A model generated the notes under the pieces. That model had not been told where the DNA came from. It worked only from the letters and a program-made list of their open reading frames with translations, and ran no database searches. Positions 26,401 through 34,707 of a DNA stretch of 35,829 nt are shown here, one piece after another. A program made the translations under genes and the position numbers. The DNA comes from Candidatus Woesearchaeota archaeon. Lineage in GTDB: Archaea; Nanobdellota; Nanobdellia; SCGC-AAA011-G17; JACPIM01. Within the stretch, counting starts at the first letter, position 1. Each line of letters starts with the position of its first letter. The stretch lies in the NCBI GenBank assembly GCA_964367445.1, contig CAYIXS010000002.1, positions 1 to 35,829 of the forward strand, read 5' to 3'.

Positions 26401-29001
26401 TGTCCAGATAACAGAATTATAAAATAATTGTTTATCTTCATTATTTGCATCACGTAATTCAACAATTGGAGTAAAATAAATTGAATTGCCCTTTCCTGGA
26501 AAATTACCATATACTAGCGGATGATTTTCATCATCTATAGCTAAAATGATTGCTGGGTTTATTAAGTCTAATTTCAATTCATTTACTATAGTATATATAC
26601 CCGATGAAAATCCATCATCTAATTTATCAAATAACAAATGCGCAGGATATAGCATATTATATTTTAGCCGAAATACAAAGATTGCCCAATCCCCGACGGT
26701 ATTAGAATCTAAACCAAAGAGGGGAGCTAATTTCATATTATTTTCTACATCTTGTGATAATGTACCGCTTGTACCTATTAGTCCGTGCCCTTCTTCTGTG
26801 TACCTTTTTATAGCTTCTATTTCAGAGTCCTTATATTCATGGCGCATCCCTAAGGCACCATTTGCCCAAGCATCTGAAATTATTAAAACATCCGCATTAG
26901 TAGCAACTATTTCTTCGTAGGTTATATCTTCCTTGTTTAATGTTTTATAATCTATTTCTAATTCTGTATCTCCATATAAATACCACAATTCATTCATTTC
27001 TGGAAATATAGAAAATTCTACTTTATCTGTTCCCCAAGAGTCTACTACAACTGCTTTAATTTTTCCTTTTATGTCTAATGACTTAACAGTAATATTTATC
27101 TCGTTATTAGGTCTAATCTGGTCTATGATAGGATCAATTTTAAAGCTTATATTATAATCTCCTTCTGTGTCAGCTAAAAAAGAAAAATCAATTTTTTGAA
27201 TCTCTTTTGGTTGCAAACTATTCACAGATTTAGTATCGAAAAGTTCATCATTCATATACATATTAAGATCTATCGGAGTACTGGTTTCTTTTCCAAAATT
27301 CTTTATTTCTAAACTAATTGTCTCTAATCCATTAAGATTGATTATCTTATCATATTTAATATTTCGTAAGCCGAGATCGTTTTGTATTAGATTTGAAACT
27401 TCAGTTATAGAGTTTAGTACATCTACTAGACCCCAACCATAAGTATTATCAGGGCCAATATCCCCCTTGTCAATAGCCGTAGCTTTAAGTATTTCTTTAA
27501 TTTCATCTGGAGTTGATCCTGGCAAAATCTCTCTAATCAAGGCAACAACACCAGATACATGTGGTGTAGCCATACTAGTACCAGATATGGCGGTATGCTT
27601 ATCATCATAGCACTGATAATAATCCCATGCATCATTCCATTGTGCAGCACAAATACTAACACCCGGAGCAACTACTTCGGGTTTTATTCTTCCATCTTTT
27701 GTAGGTCCTCTTGATGAGAAAGAAGCAATTTCCCCGGTATTATCTGTTGCTCCCACTGTTATAACCTTAAAGGCAGAAGCAGGAATTCCTACTGAATTAG
27801 CACCTGGACCAGAATTTCCAGCTGCAACAACCACATTAATTCCATAATCAACAGCTAAATCAACTGCTCTTTCAATTGGAGTAGTGCCATCACTATTCAA
27901 TCTGGCACCTAAACTCATCGAAATGATGTCTATGTTATATAAATCTTTATTCTGGACTGCCCACTCAATACCCGCTATAACTTGATCAAAAGTACCAGAT
28001 CCCCAACTATTTAAAACTTTAATTCCAATCAGTTTAGAGCCAGGAGCCACGCCTATATATGGTGTTCCGCCACCAGTACCTGAAGCAGTATCAGCAACAT
28101 GGGTGCCATGACCATGATCATCATATGTATCTAATCTAAAATTAACATAATCCTTAAAGGCAATTATTTTAGGGTCATTTGTACTTGGATCATCATCTAA
28201 GTCATCTAGGCTAGGATGAGTAGGATCAATACCCGTGTCTATTATTGCTATTACGCTATTTTTTCCATTAATACCCAATCCCCTTGCCACATCTGCTTTA
28301 ATAAAAGGGACACTATCTATTAAAGATGTGTGTACTTGTAAATTTGGATATACTTCTTTTACATAACTTAGTTTTTTGAACTGGTTAGTTTCCTGTTCAG
28401 TTAATCCGGATACAACAATACCATTTAATACATCTGTAAATTCTCTGCCTAATTCAATGTTCAAACCAGCAACTTCTCTTTTAAATTGCTCGTGTTGGTT
28501 TAAAATTGCAGTTCTTTGAGAAGTAACAATGGTACCAATCTGAGTGTTTAGATTGGAGATATCATTATATAGGGTATTAATTTGGTTTAACTCTAAACTC
28601 TTTTTAGGACCTTGGTCGTTCGGTTCATCCTTAATCAGATTGATTTGTTTTAGTTTATAATTTATATCTGCCTGTAGATCGCTGGCTTGTTCTAATGCTG
28701 CTGGTTCTACAAATTCAATAATAAAACTGTCTTGTACAGGAGGAAGTGTTCGGGAAGAGCTATAGTCATAAATTGCGTTTTTGGTAGAAGGAGGATCTGT
28801 TAATTCAACTTGCTTTCCTATCTCATAATCATTCCTTAATGTTGCTAACCCAAAAATTGGTGCATCAGTAGAGGCACTAGTTTCACTAATACCAATGGTG
28901 GCTAATCCACTAATATCTTCTTTGGAAAAATTTAGATATAATATATTTACTAAAACCAGAACTAACACCAATGAAATTATAAAAACTAATTTTCGATCCA
29001 T
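23485..29001 (-). CDS. giant (1838 aa) cell-surface subtilisin-like S8 serine protease with CARDB-like repeats, Cys-rich modules, PGF-pre-PGF domain and C-terminal TM anchor
   Basis: Catalytic motifs AIIDTGID, HGHGTHVA, AAGNSGP and SGTSMATPHVSG. An N-terminal signal/TM and a propeptide-like region. Two Cys-rich modules (CTDKTKINTC...CKEDCGSC; CGNNILDSGETCRSC...). A C-terminal TM plus the tail KGYTREEIRKAALDSGWDESLIDKV. Confidence 0.9.
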   Translation of the reverse strand: MDRKLVFIISLVLVLVLVNILYLNFSKEDISGLATIGISETSASTDAPIFGLATLRNDYEIGKQVELTDPPSTKNAIYDYSSSRTLPPVQDSFIIEFVEPAALEQASDLQADINYKLKQINLIKDEPNDQGPKKSLELNQINTLYNDISNLNTQIGTIVTSQRTAILNQHEQFKREVAGLNIELGREFTDVLNGIVVSGLTEQETNQFKKLSYVKEVYPNLQVHTSLIDSVPFIKADVARGLGINGKNSVIAIIDTGIDPTHPSLDDLDDDPSTNDPKIIAFKDYVNFRLDTYDDHGHGTHVADTASGTGGGTPYIGVAPGSKLIGIKVLNSWGSGTFDQVIAGIEWAVQNKDLYNIDIISMSLGARLNSDGTTPIERAVDLAVDYGINVVVAAGNSGPGANSVGIPASAFKVITVGATDNTGEIASFSSRGPTKDGRIKPEVVAPGVSICAAQWNDAWDYYQCYDDKHTAISGTSMATPHVSGVVALIREILPGSTPDEIKEILKATAIDKGDIGPDNTYGWGLVDVLNSITEVSNLIQNDLGLRNIKYDKIINLNGLETISLEIKNFGKETSTPIDLNMYMNDELFDTKSVNSLQPKEIQKIDFSFLADTEGDYNISFKIDPIIDQIRPNNEINITVKSLDIKGKIKAVVVDSWGTDKVEFSIFPEMNELWYLYGDTELEIDYKTLNKEDITYEEIVATNADVLIISDAWANGALGMRHEYKDSEIEAIKRYTEEGHGLIGTSGTLSQDVENNMKLAPLFGLDSNTVGDWAIFVFRLKYNMLYPAHLLFDKLDDGFSSGIYTIVNELKLDLINPAIILAIDDENHPLVYGNFPGKGNSIYFTPIVELRDANNEDKQLFYNSVIWTSKQVNKEHDLELSELTLPFVVDKEKIDFSVKLKNKGIMREQGVRLRLFLNNVEYDQRYISAIDINEETIVNFSWTPNRYGGYEIRIKVDDVGVEDIVFNNEIKRKVTIRGAKIVSVIDEGLDNDGDGLFDSLEIKVTIDALKDSMLSLDGDLYSQFGVNLGSTSSFIELNGGTTNNISLSFDGLSLRKWGLNGPYKVEPIQLYDSDSKVVIDSISQYTTQNYIYTAFASSPELTIEIRAPFIAPFVGEEVILEGNVENSGSEKATNVKVDFYKVAWIDGTEKIDGTENLELLKSINLNDVEVGRKDFMLSVIPDTPFFNDYKVVVSADKEKNLDNNERYFSMYVRPIEPYFRLNVIQSEWSGNNNVQNQPISYDLMIENVGQETLVNARLRVYNEIGGTRTLLHEILIGNLSTGQVYTTNLEVTPVKIGAQSFIFEPFADNFVLRPEYSPTINYYVNVVPKSMIQNKIDQDIVGKILLKVQKENQENFNWEDFKTVVVDSVARTIHPGEIIALDTEWAEAGYWIPDFNGNYRVYGALLNENNEVININGDYLEYTYPFWVYGGREGEEEVLCTDKTKINTCSDNIPYYCNSDKELVPRCNICLCPFGSSCGESGLCVETPSTCNDGFCSEDENCESCKEDCGSCFVVVVNPPSPGPSSGGGSSSYSPNRVVQTIRNIKAGEIKILEVTDKTSNVDRLSFKLNNDKNYIRITIKKIDQTYIGQGTNYKSFEIELNNIQNNEFLESKIQFRVDKKWLISNGYNKNDIKLKKLVNDFWTDLNTRYIGKENGYYIYDAETKGFSIFSIIAQKIEEETLCGNNILDSGETCRSCSLDIVCQSDEICNNSGICERKTQQPIQPIIEQPPIKVQETPQKIKTTDLILKNYITVLIIGIIILILLIAAIIIYLMSKRKPKYKEEPWEEMSENERRNYERLRNIIQENLSKGYTREEIRKAALDSGWDESLIDKVMRNIK

Positions 29002-29075
29002 TAAACTTCCCTCTTTTTAAATAGTATATTTAAAATAACAAAAAACTTCTTTATATTTAAACTTAACTCTAAACT

Positions 29076-30081
29076 GATATTGTCAAATTAACGTGATATT
29101 TATATAGTAGTAATTCTTTCTTATTCTTGAGGTGATTAGTATGTTATCCTTTGATTGTCCTAAATGTTGCTCTTTGGATATTGTAAAACGAGGTAAAAGA
29201 TACAATCAATCAGGTATGAAGCAACTCTTTCGATGTAATAAATGTCATGTAACGTTTGTAGAACCAGATGGATTTGAACGAATGCGACATAAAAAAGGAG
29301 ATATTGTTCGGGCTATCCACCAGCATAACGATGGTCTTTCATTGTTTCAGGTTAAATATCATTTATTATAACATGATAATGTAGATGTTAGTAGGGAGAC
29401 CATTAGATTATGGTGTAACAAGTATGGTATTTTTTTAAAAGAAGATACATCTAGAAATAAAACCAAAACTCAAAGGAAGACAGCATTTAGATGAAAAGTA
29501 TGTGAAAGTGAATGGCAAGGATTGCTATGATTTAAACTGTATTGATCATATCACAAAGTACGTTACAGCTCATCTATTCGTCGAGAAACGTACTTTTGAG
29601 AAATGTGTAGAATTCCTAAGACAGATAAAGATTACTTGTTATGAACAGATATTAGAGAGGTACAGAAAAGAGAAGTATAAACCAGAAAAAGAGAGGAAGC
29701 TGATTACATTCGTATCGGATGGATTTGAGAATTATAGAAATGCTTTCAATAAATTATTTTATAATGTTGCCAGATTACAGTTTGGGGTTCCAATTAAATG
29801 TAAGAAATATGGGCTGGAACATAACAACAATTGGATTGAAAGATATAATGGGAAAATCAAAGACAGGATAAAAGTTATGAGAGGATTTGGCAGTTTTACG
29901 TGTGCAGGGAATTTCATGGATTTGAGACATATAATCCATAATTTTGTGAATCCCCATCAGGGACTCAAAGGAAAAACGCCAGCAGAAAAAGCAGATATTA
30001 AACTTCCTTTAGGAAACAACAAATTACTAGATTTAATTAGATATGTCAAAAGAAGACATATCACGAAAAGATGACAGTATC
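29076..30081 (+). mobile_element. IS6-family insertion sequence (1006 bp) with imperfect 26-bp terminal inverted repeats and 8-9 bp target-site duplication
   Basis: IRL 29076-29101 is GATATTGTCAAATTAACGTGATATTT. The reverse complement of IRR 30056-30081 is GATACTGTCATCTTTTCGTGATATGT, giving 20/26 identity. The flanking direct repeat CTCTAAACT lies at 29067-29075 and 30082-30090. Confidence 0.75.
29132..30074 (+). pseudogene. IS6-family DDE transposase with N-terminal zinc ribbon, disrupted by an in-frame TAA and a frameshift
   Basis: Zn ribbon CPKCCS...CNKCH. In-frame TAA at 29369-29371, after which the same frame continues HDNVDVSRETIRLWCNKYG. The frame changes at the T7A4 run 29430-29440. 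The DDE region reads LDEKYVKVNG / FVSDGFENY / NNNWIERYNGKIKDR ... NPHQGLKGKTPAE. Confidence 0.75.
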
Positions 30082-30163
30082 CTCTAAACTTCCTTAATGT
30101 CTTTCTTCTCTAAACTTCCATAGATAAAATAATAAAAAAGCCAAAAAAATTAATCTATTGCTA

Positions 30164-30406
30164 TTAGGCGATTTCTGTAGCTTCTAATTTAAAAGCTAAG
30201 GGTATTTTACTAAGAACATCTTGTAGATTATGGGCCCGCTTTTTGAAATTAAATATCCCTATACCATATAACCCACCATTGTCTTCATATTTGAATAAAA
30301 CTACATCTTCACTTATGTGTTCGCCATAGTCTGGTCTAGGTTCACCTATAAATATCTCTAAATAATCTCCTTCTTCATCATAATATATTTCAATTTTTCC
30401 TGCCAT
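30164..30406 (-). CDS. DUF2283-family protein (putative antitoxin)
   Basis: IYYDEEGDYLEIFIGE...GLYGIGIFNF is the DUF2283 pattern. It lies 1 nt downstream of the preceding gene. Confidence 0.7.
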   Translation of the reverse strand: MAGKIEIYYDEEGDYLEIFIGEPRPDYGEHISEDVVLFKYEDNGGLYGIGIFNFKKRAHNLQDVLSKIPLAFKLEATEIA

Positions 30407-30407
30407 T

Positions 30408-30698
30408 TTAATTCATATTTTTAACAAAATATGCTGTAATAACAAAACCTTCTCCATTTAAATATTTAACTACTACTTTTAGATATTTGAAAGGTGATAA
30501 TCTATGTTTGTTGTGTGTGTAATAATCATATAAACTCCCTTCTTCACGACGAATAATCTTTAATGGTTTTACTAGTGTTTGTTTAATTTCTTCAATATAA
30601 TGTTCAATTCCTTTATGTCTAATAACATGTCCATATTGTGTTTTTGTTAATCTAATTTTTCTTCCAGTCTTATCTACAATACTAAATATATTATCCAT
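30408..30698 (-). CDS. PBECR/DUF4258-like small nuclease-fold protein (putative toxin)
   Basis: IRLTKTQYGHVIRHKGIEHYIEEIKQTLVKPLKI...YLKVVVKYLNGEGFVITAYFVKNM resembles small archaeal RelE/barnase-like toxins that pair with DUF2283. Confidence 0.55.
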   Translation of the reverse strand: MDNIFSIVDKTGRKIRLTKTQYGHVIRHKGIEHYIEEIKQTLVKPLKIIRREEGSLYDYYTHNKHRLSPFKYLKVVVKYLNGEGFVITAYFVKNMN

Positions 30699-30738
30699 TA
30701 TTAAATCAGTATCACTACAATTAATATTATTTTCTATT

Positions 30739-31080
30739 TTAACTATAAACTTCTTTAATATCTTTTTTCTCTAAACTACCGTAAGGATTTCCAAATTCCC
30801 TTATGTTATCAATCATTCTTCTATTTGCCTTAGTCTCAATCCCATTTTCAACTAATCTCTCGCGTTGTTTTCTGACTTCTTCTGAAATTTCAACATTAGT
30901 AGGACAACTTCTAACAGTTATATCATTTAAAGGATCAATGTAAAACGTCTTATCTAAAATCCCTTTCATTATCAATAAAGCTTTCCCTCTAGCTGTTAAT
31001 ATTTCTTTTCCAGTAACTCTTAATAAAGCACTATCTGCTCTACATTTTCCACATAAGATGCATTTATCAACGCCTGCCAT
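30739..31080 (-). CDS. small Fe-S protein, GlcF/HdrD N-terminal-like, apparently with a single [4Fe-4S] site
   Basis: Contains CILCGKC (CxxCxxC), with Ser where the fourth Cys is expected, and a distal RSCP. AGGAGG precedes the ATG. Confidence 0.65.
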   Translation of the reverse strand: MAGVDKCILCGKCRADSALLRVTGKEILTARGKALLIMKGILDKTFYIDPLNDITVRSCPTNVEISEEVRKQRERLVENGIETKANRRMIDNIREFGNPYGSLEKKDIKEVYS

Positions 31081-31104
31081 TTTTCCTCCTTATTTTCCGT
31101 TAAC

Positions 31105-31148
31105 GCCCAAAGCTTTCGCTTGGGCCCCATCGACTTGTCGATTAGGGC
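31105..31148 (-). other. G+C-rich tandem hairpin element in the intra-operon spacer
   Basis: Hairpin 1 is 31105-31125 (GCCCAAAGC/GCTTGGGC, 8 bp with a 1-nt bulge; the loop is GAAA on the transcribed minus strand). Hairpin 2 is 31126-31147 (CCC+ATCGA / TCGAT+GGG). A T6 run follows on the plus strand. Confidence 0.4.
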
Positions 31149-31163
31149 TTTTTTCTAAAAGGG

Positions 31164-32312
31164 TTATATCACTTTTCCTTTATTCATTATATGATTAGGA
31201 TCAAGTTGTTCTTTTAAATTTCTTAATTCTTCTTTTATGACTTCATTAAGATAATTTTTCTTTAATAATCCTATTCCCTGTCTGGATCCTATTACTCCTC
31301 TTAATTTTAAAACAGTATCGTAAAGCTCTTTTATTTCATCCCTATTTGAAAAACATGGGTATAAAACATTAGTTCCAATAGGACCATAGCATGGGATCTT
31401 TTTGGTTTCCAAATAGTATAAAAATTCAGATAAATTCTCTTGGGGTATTAAAGGATCTTCTAAGTAAACATAGCCATTAATAGCTAATTTATGAAAAATC
31501 TTCTTTCTTATATGCCACAATCTACCAATTTCATTTAAATCACGAACTCCACCTTCAAAACCAAGATATTCAACAATTAAATAATATCTTTCTTCTAAAC
31601 CTGCTAATTTGGCTGCATTCAAATCAATAAATTCGATAGCAATAACTTCTTGATTATTTTTTAGTTCATTAACTTTATTCAAAACATCAGTTAACTTATC
31701 ATATTTGAAAACATTCATGCTCCTTTCATTTATCTTATCGGTTATTTTCAATTTAACACTAGTTATTAGCCCTAAAATTCCTTCTTTTCCAACTACTTTA
31801 TTATCATATGTTTTTAATCTTCCATTCCCGTCAATCATTTCAACTTCCAAAACCCAGTCTTTCATTCTCCCATATTTTTTTTCGTAAAAACCAGTAGAAT
31901 TAATTCCTATCATTCCGCCAATAGTACAAGTAGCACTATCTTCTGGCTGTATTGGAAAAAACTTATCTCTTAAGACTGAATTTAAATCATCCAAAACCAC
32001 CCCTGGTTCAACTACAACATAATTACTGGTTAAGGCTATTATCTTATTCATCTTGCTAAAATCAATTACAACAGAATTGTCTGGAACACAAGAACCAACT
32101 AAATTAGTTCCAGCCCCTCTTGGAATGAGGTTTAATTTATTTCTCTTTGCATACAAAACAATCTGATGCAGATGCTTTACTTCAGTAGCCCATATTACTT
32201 TATCACATCTTCCTTTAATTTGGCTGGCATCTGTACTGTAAACTTCCCTGTCAACTATTTCATCTGAAACATTTTCTTTTCCAACCAGATTTTCAAACCA
32301 AGTTATGCTCAT
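31164..32312 (-). CDS. FAD-linked oxidase (GlcD / D-lactate dehydrogenase family)
   Basis: PCMH-type FAD-binding motif IPRGAGTNLVGS and GGMIGINSTG. It overlaps the upstream gene by 4 nt. Confidence 0.85.
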   Translation of the reverse strand: MSITWFENLVGKENVSDEIVDREVYSTDASQIKGRCDKVIWATEVKHLHQIVLYAKRNKLNLIPRGAGTNLVGSCVPDNSVVIDFSKMNKIIALTSNYVVVEPGVVLDDLNSVLRDKFFPIQPEDSATCTIGGMIGINSTGFYEKKYGRMKDWVLEVEMIDGNGRLKTYDNKVVGKEGILGLITSVKLKITDKINERSMNVFKYDKLTDVLNKVNELKNNQEVIAIEFIDLNAAKLAGLEERYYLIVEYLGFEGGVRDLNEIGRLWHIRKKIFHKLAINGYVYLEDPLIPQENLSEFLYYLETKKIPCYGPIGTNVLYPCFSNRDEIKELYDTVLKLRGVIGSRQGIGLLKKNYLNEVIKEELRNLKEQLDPNHIMNKGKVI

Positions 32313-32965
32313 ATTATTACCTCACTCATTTCTATAACCTGTATGTTTCTAGGAGCATTATTTTTTAAATGATAATAGGATAAAGGATCTGAAACTATTA
32401 ATTTTTTTTCAGTGCACATATCAAAAACTTCCTTGCTGATCTTATTTGCTAAAGACGGAAGGTTATGTATTAATCCTCCTTCAGCTCCGCAAAGAACAGA
32501 ATTCTGCTTGTTTCTTTTTAATTCTTTAATTTCAAAGCCCAAGGCTTCTAAAATTTTTCTTGGCTCTTCGTAAATATTTAAATTAACACTATCATAATAA
32601 TTAACTTTTTCATCAAATTTAACAGGCAGTTTTCTAAGGTATTTTGCTATTAATTGAGTAACGTGTATTGTGGAAATACTGTAAAGTTGATTTAATGTTT
32701 TTAAACAACCAGGATCATTGGTAACAATGTTTTTAACATTATTTTGATTAAAAAAAGCTAAATTTTTACTTCTTATTTCCTCAAAATCTTTAGAGTAACC
32801 ATTATTATAGACTATAGCACCACAACAGTTTAAAGAACTTAAATTATATGTTTGTATTTTTAATTTGAAAAATATTTTTCTGTAGTTTTCAACAATTTCT
32901 GGAAGAACATAATTACTTAAACAGCCTGGAAAATACAAATATTTCTTTTTAAAAGCCTCAAACAT
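32309..32965 (-). CDS. CCG (cysteine-rich) domain protein, GlcF/HdrD/LutA C-terminal-like
   Basis: YFPGCLSNYV...LNCCGA, with a second half-site NDPGCLKTL...VLCGAEGG. Confidence 0.8.
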   Translation of the reverse strand: MFEAFKKKYLYFPGCLSNYVLPEIVENYRKIFFKLKIQTYNLSSLNCCGAIVYNNGYSKDFEEIRSKNLAFFNQNNVKNIVTNDPGCLKTLNQLYSISTIHVTQLIAKYLRKLPVKFDEKVNYYDSVNLNIYEEPRKILEALGFEIKELKRNKQNSVLCGAEGGLIHNLPSLANKISKEVFDMCTEKKLIVSDPLSYYHLKNNAPRNIQVIEMSEVII

Positions 32966-33104
32966 CTTTTTACTATTATATTATGGAATAAATAGGATCC
33001 TATCACCCCTTCTATCACCTCTTACAGATTAGGAGATAACTAATATTTAAAGATATATTAACTTTAAAATAACAAATAGAATACTCTACTCGTGAGATGG
33101 TTCA

Positions 33105-33404
33105 TTATTTAGAGTCTAAATCCTTTATTTCTTTTCTTAGATCTTCTATAGAATAATCTGATTTAAAGCCTTGTTCTACCAAATATTGTTCCATTTCCCA
33201 TAAAGTTAATCCAGCTTGATGGGCTGCTTCTGAAAAAGTTATTTTTCCTTTGAGATATTTTTCTGCAGCTTTTTGTTTAGCTAAGTTAAAATAACCAATT
33301 ACAACTAGTTTTCTTATTATTGTGCTTCTGTCCTCGTTTTCTTCTTTACTTAATTTTTCTATGTTCTTCATGATTGTTTCGGGTAATCTTATACCTATTC
33401 CCAT
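33105..33404 (-). CDS. UPF0175-family antitoxin-like protein with N-terminal RHH-like segment
   Basis: IRLPETIMKNIEKLSKEENEDRSTIIRKL (RHH-like) plus KGKITFSEAAHQAGLTLWEMEQYLVEQG (UPF0175-like). Confidence 0.65.
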   Translation of the reverse strand: MGIGIRLPETIMKNIEKLSKEENEDRSTIIRKLVVIGYFNLAKQKAAEKYLKGKITFSEAAHQAGLTLWEMEQYLVEQGFKSDYSIEDLRKEIKDLDSK

Positions 33405-33515
33405 TGCTTCTTGTTATAATTTAATAAGTTAGGATTAATAAGATTTACTATGGGCGCATTAACTTGTACTGGTGACTGGTGTTAGTTTATTAAAATAATA
33501 AAAATCATAAGAAAA

Positions 33516-33893
33516 TTACTCGTAAGATGGTTCACAACCAGTTATACTGGATAATAGTTCTATACTTTGAACTCCTTCATATTTGGTACCATTAATAATC
33601 CATGTTGGATAACCTGTTATGGCTTTAGATTCACATAGCTTTTGGTTTTCAGGGCATTCTATATAACCTTGGTTATCATATAATATTTGGGTGGCTTTTC
33701 GTCCTAATAATTCCTTTTGTGACTGACAATGAATGCAAGTAGCAGAACCGTACATTATTGCTTTATTATCAATTAGACACTGCCCGAATTCACTACTTAG
33801 AGTATTTCCTTTTATAACAAAAGCAGTTATTCCATAATAACCAAAAATGCCTAAAGCTAAAATTAATATAATAACCCAAATTGATTTTTTCAT
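33516..33893 (-). CDS. membrane-anchored thioredoxin-fold protein (VKOR-associated Trx-like type)
   Basis: N-terminal TM, CIHC active site and GYPTWIINGTKYEG cis-Pro motif. It overlaps the LamG gene by ATGA. Confidence 0.75.
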   Translation of the reverse strand: MKKSIWVIILILALGIFGYYGITAFVIKGNTLSSEFGQCLIDNKAIMYGSATCIHCQSQKELLGRKATQILYDNQGYIECPENQKLCESKAITGYPTWIINGTKYEGVQSIELLSSITGCEPSYE

Positions 33894-34705
33894 TCCCAGT
33901 ATCTCCTTAATCCTTTTGGTAGTTTTTTAATAAAATCAATTATTTTTTGTAATAATAATTCCTGCTCTTCCACCATTTCTTCCAATTCGTCAACTCTATT
34001 TTCTAATTCCCCTAATCTTTCTTCAATATCTTGATCTGGAATAGTTTCATTTATAGTTGATATTTTTGCTTCATCGATAATTCCAGTAAAAAATTGATTT
34101 TGTCCTGGCTCGCCCCATCCTAAATTTACTCCTTGAGAAACTTGTGGCATTTGTCCAATCTTTGATGCGCTTCCATCTAAAATATCATTTACATATATAT
34201 TAACATTAGTATCATTATACTCCATTTTTAATTTATACCATATGTATTGTTCAAGAACTGTTGTTCCGTGAATTTCAGTCCAAGTATTAGCTCCTGGAGT
34301 AATACAACTAGTAGGACAGTTTCCATCATTAGCATAAACTCCACCAGCTGTTACATTATCTCTAATACCTAAAAAATAAGGGCCATTTTTTGAAATAATA
34401 ATCCCATCAGTATTAGATTTTCTTTTTACATAAGCTTCTAATACCACATTATCTGTAAGGTCAACAGAAGAAGTTTTTGTAATTGCAATCTTATCATCTA
34501 TACCATCAAATTCTAATGCATGTCCAGAAATACTATCTGTTGTCCAATTCGCCACACCTGAAATAGTGCCATCATTATTATTTGCTGTTTCATCAAATAC
34601 TTGATTACTGCTACCTTCATCAAACTTCCAATAAGCAATGGTGTTTCCTAAAACATAAAAAGAACTTAATATTACAAATAATAAAATAAGAATAACTTTT
34701 TTCAT
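33890..34705 (-). CDS. secreted LamG (concanavalin-A-like lectin) domain protein with C-terminal coiled coil
   Basis: Signal peptide, YWKFDEGSSNQVFDETANNNDGTISG...ALEFDGIDDKIAI and an acidic heptad tail (LGELENRVDELEEMVEEQELLLQK). Confidence 0.75.
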   Translation of the reverse strand: MKKVILILLFVILSSFYVLGNTIAYWKFDEGSSNQVFDETANNNDGTISGVANWTTDSISGHALEFDGIDDKIAITKTSSVDLTDNVVLEAYVKRKSNTDGIIISKNGPYFLGIRDNVTAGGVYANDGNCPTSCITPGANTWTEIHGTTVLEQYIWYKLKMEYNDTNVNIYVNDILDGSASKIGQMPQVSQGVNLGWGEPGQNQFFTGIIDEAKISTINETIPDQDIEERLGELENRVDELEEMVEEQELLLQKIIDFIKKLPKGLRRYWE

Positions 34706-34707
34706 CT

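Noticed and set aside
29426-29442. Programmed ribosomal frameshift at the T7A4 run of the IS transposase
   Set aside because: IS6-family transposases are, to my knowledge, made from a single ORF. The gene also carries an independent in-frame TAA upstream, so decay (or a homopolymer sequencing error) is the simpler reading.
33088-33534. Near-identical 17-mer ACTCGT[G/A]AGATGGTTCA at 33088-33104 and 33518-33534
   Set aside because: A rough expectation for 16/17 matches in a 36-kb window on both strands is of order one. There is no extended similarity around either copy.
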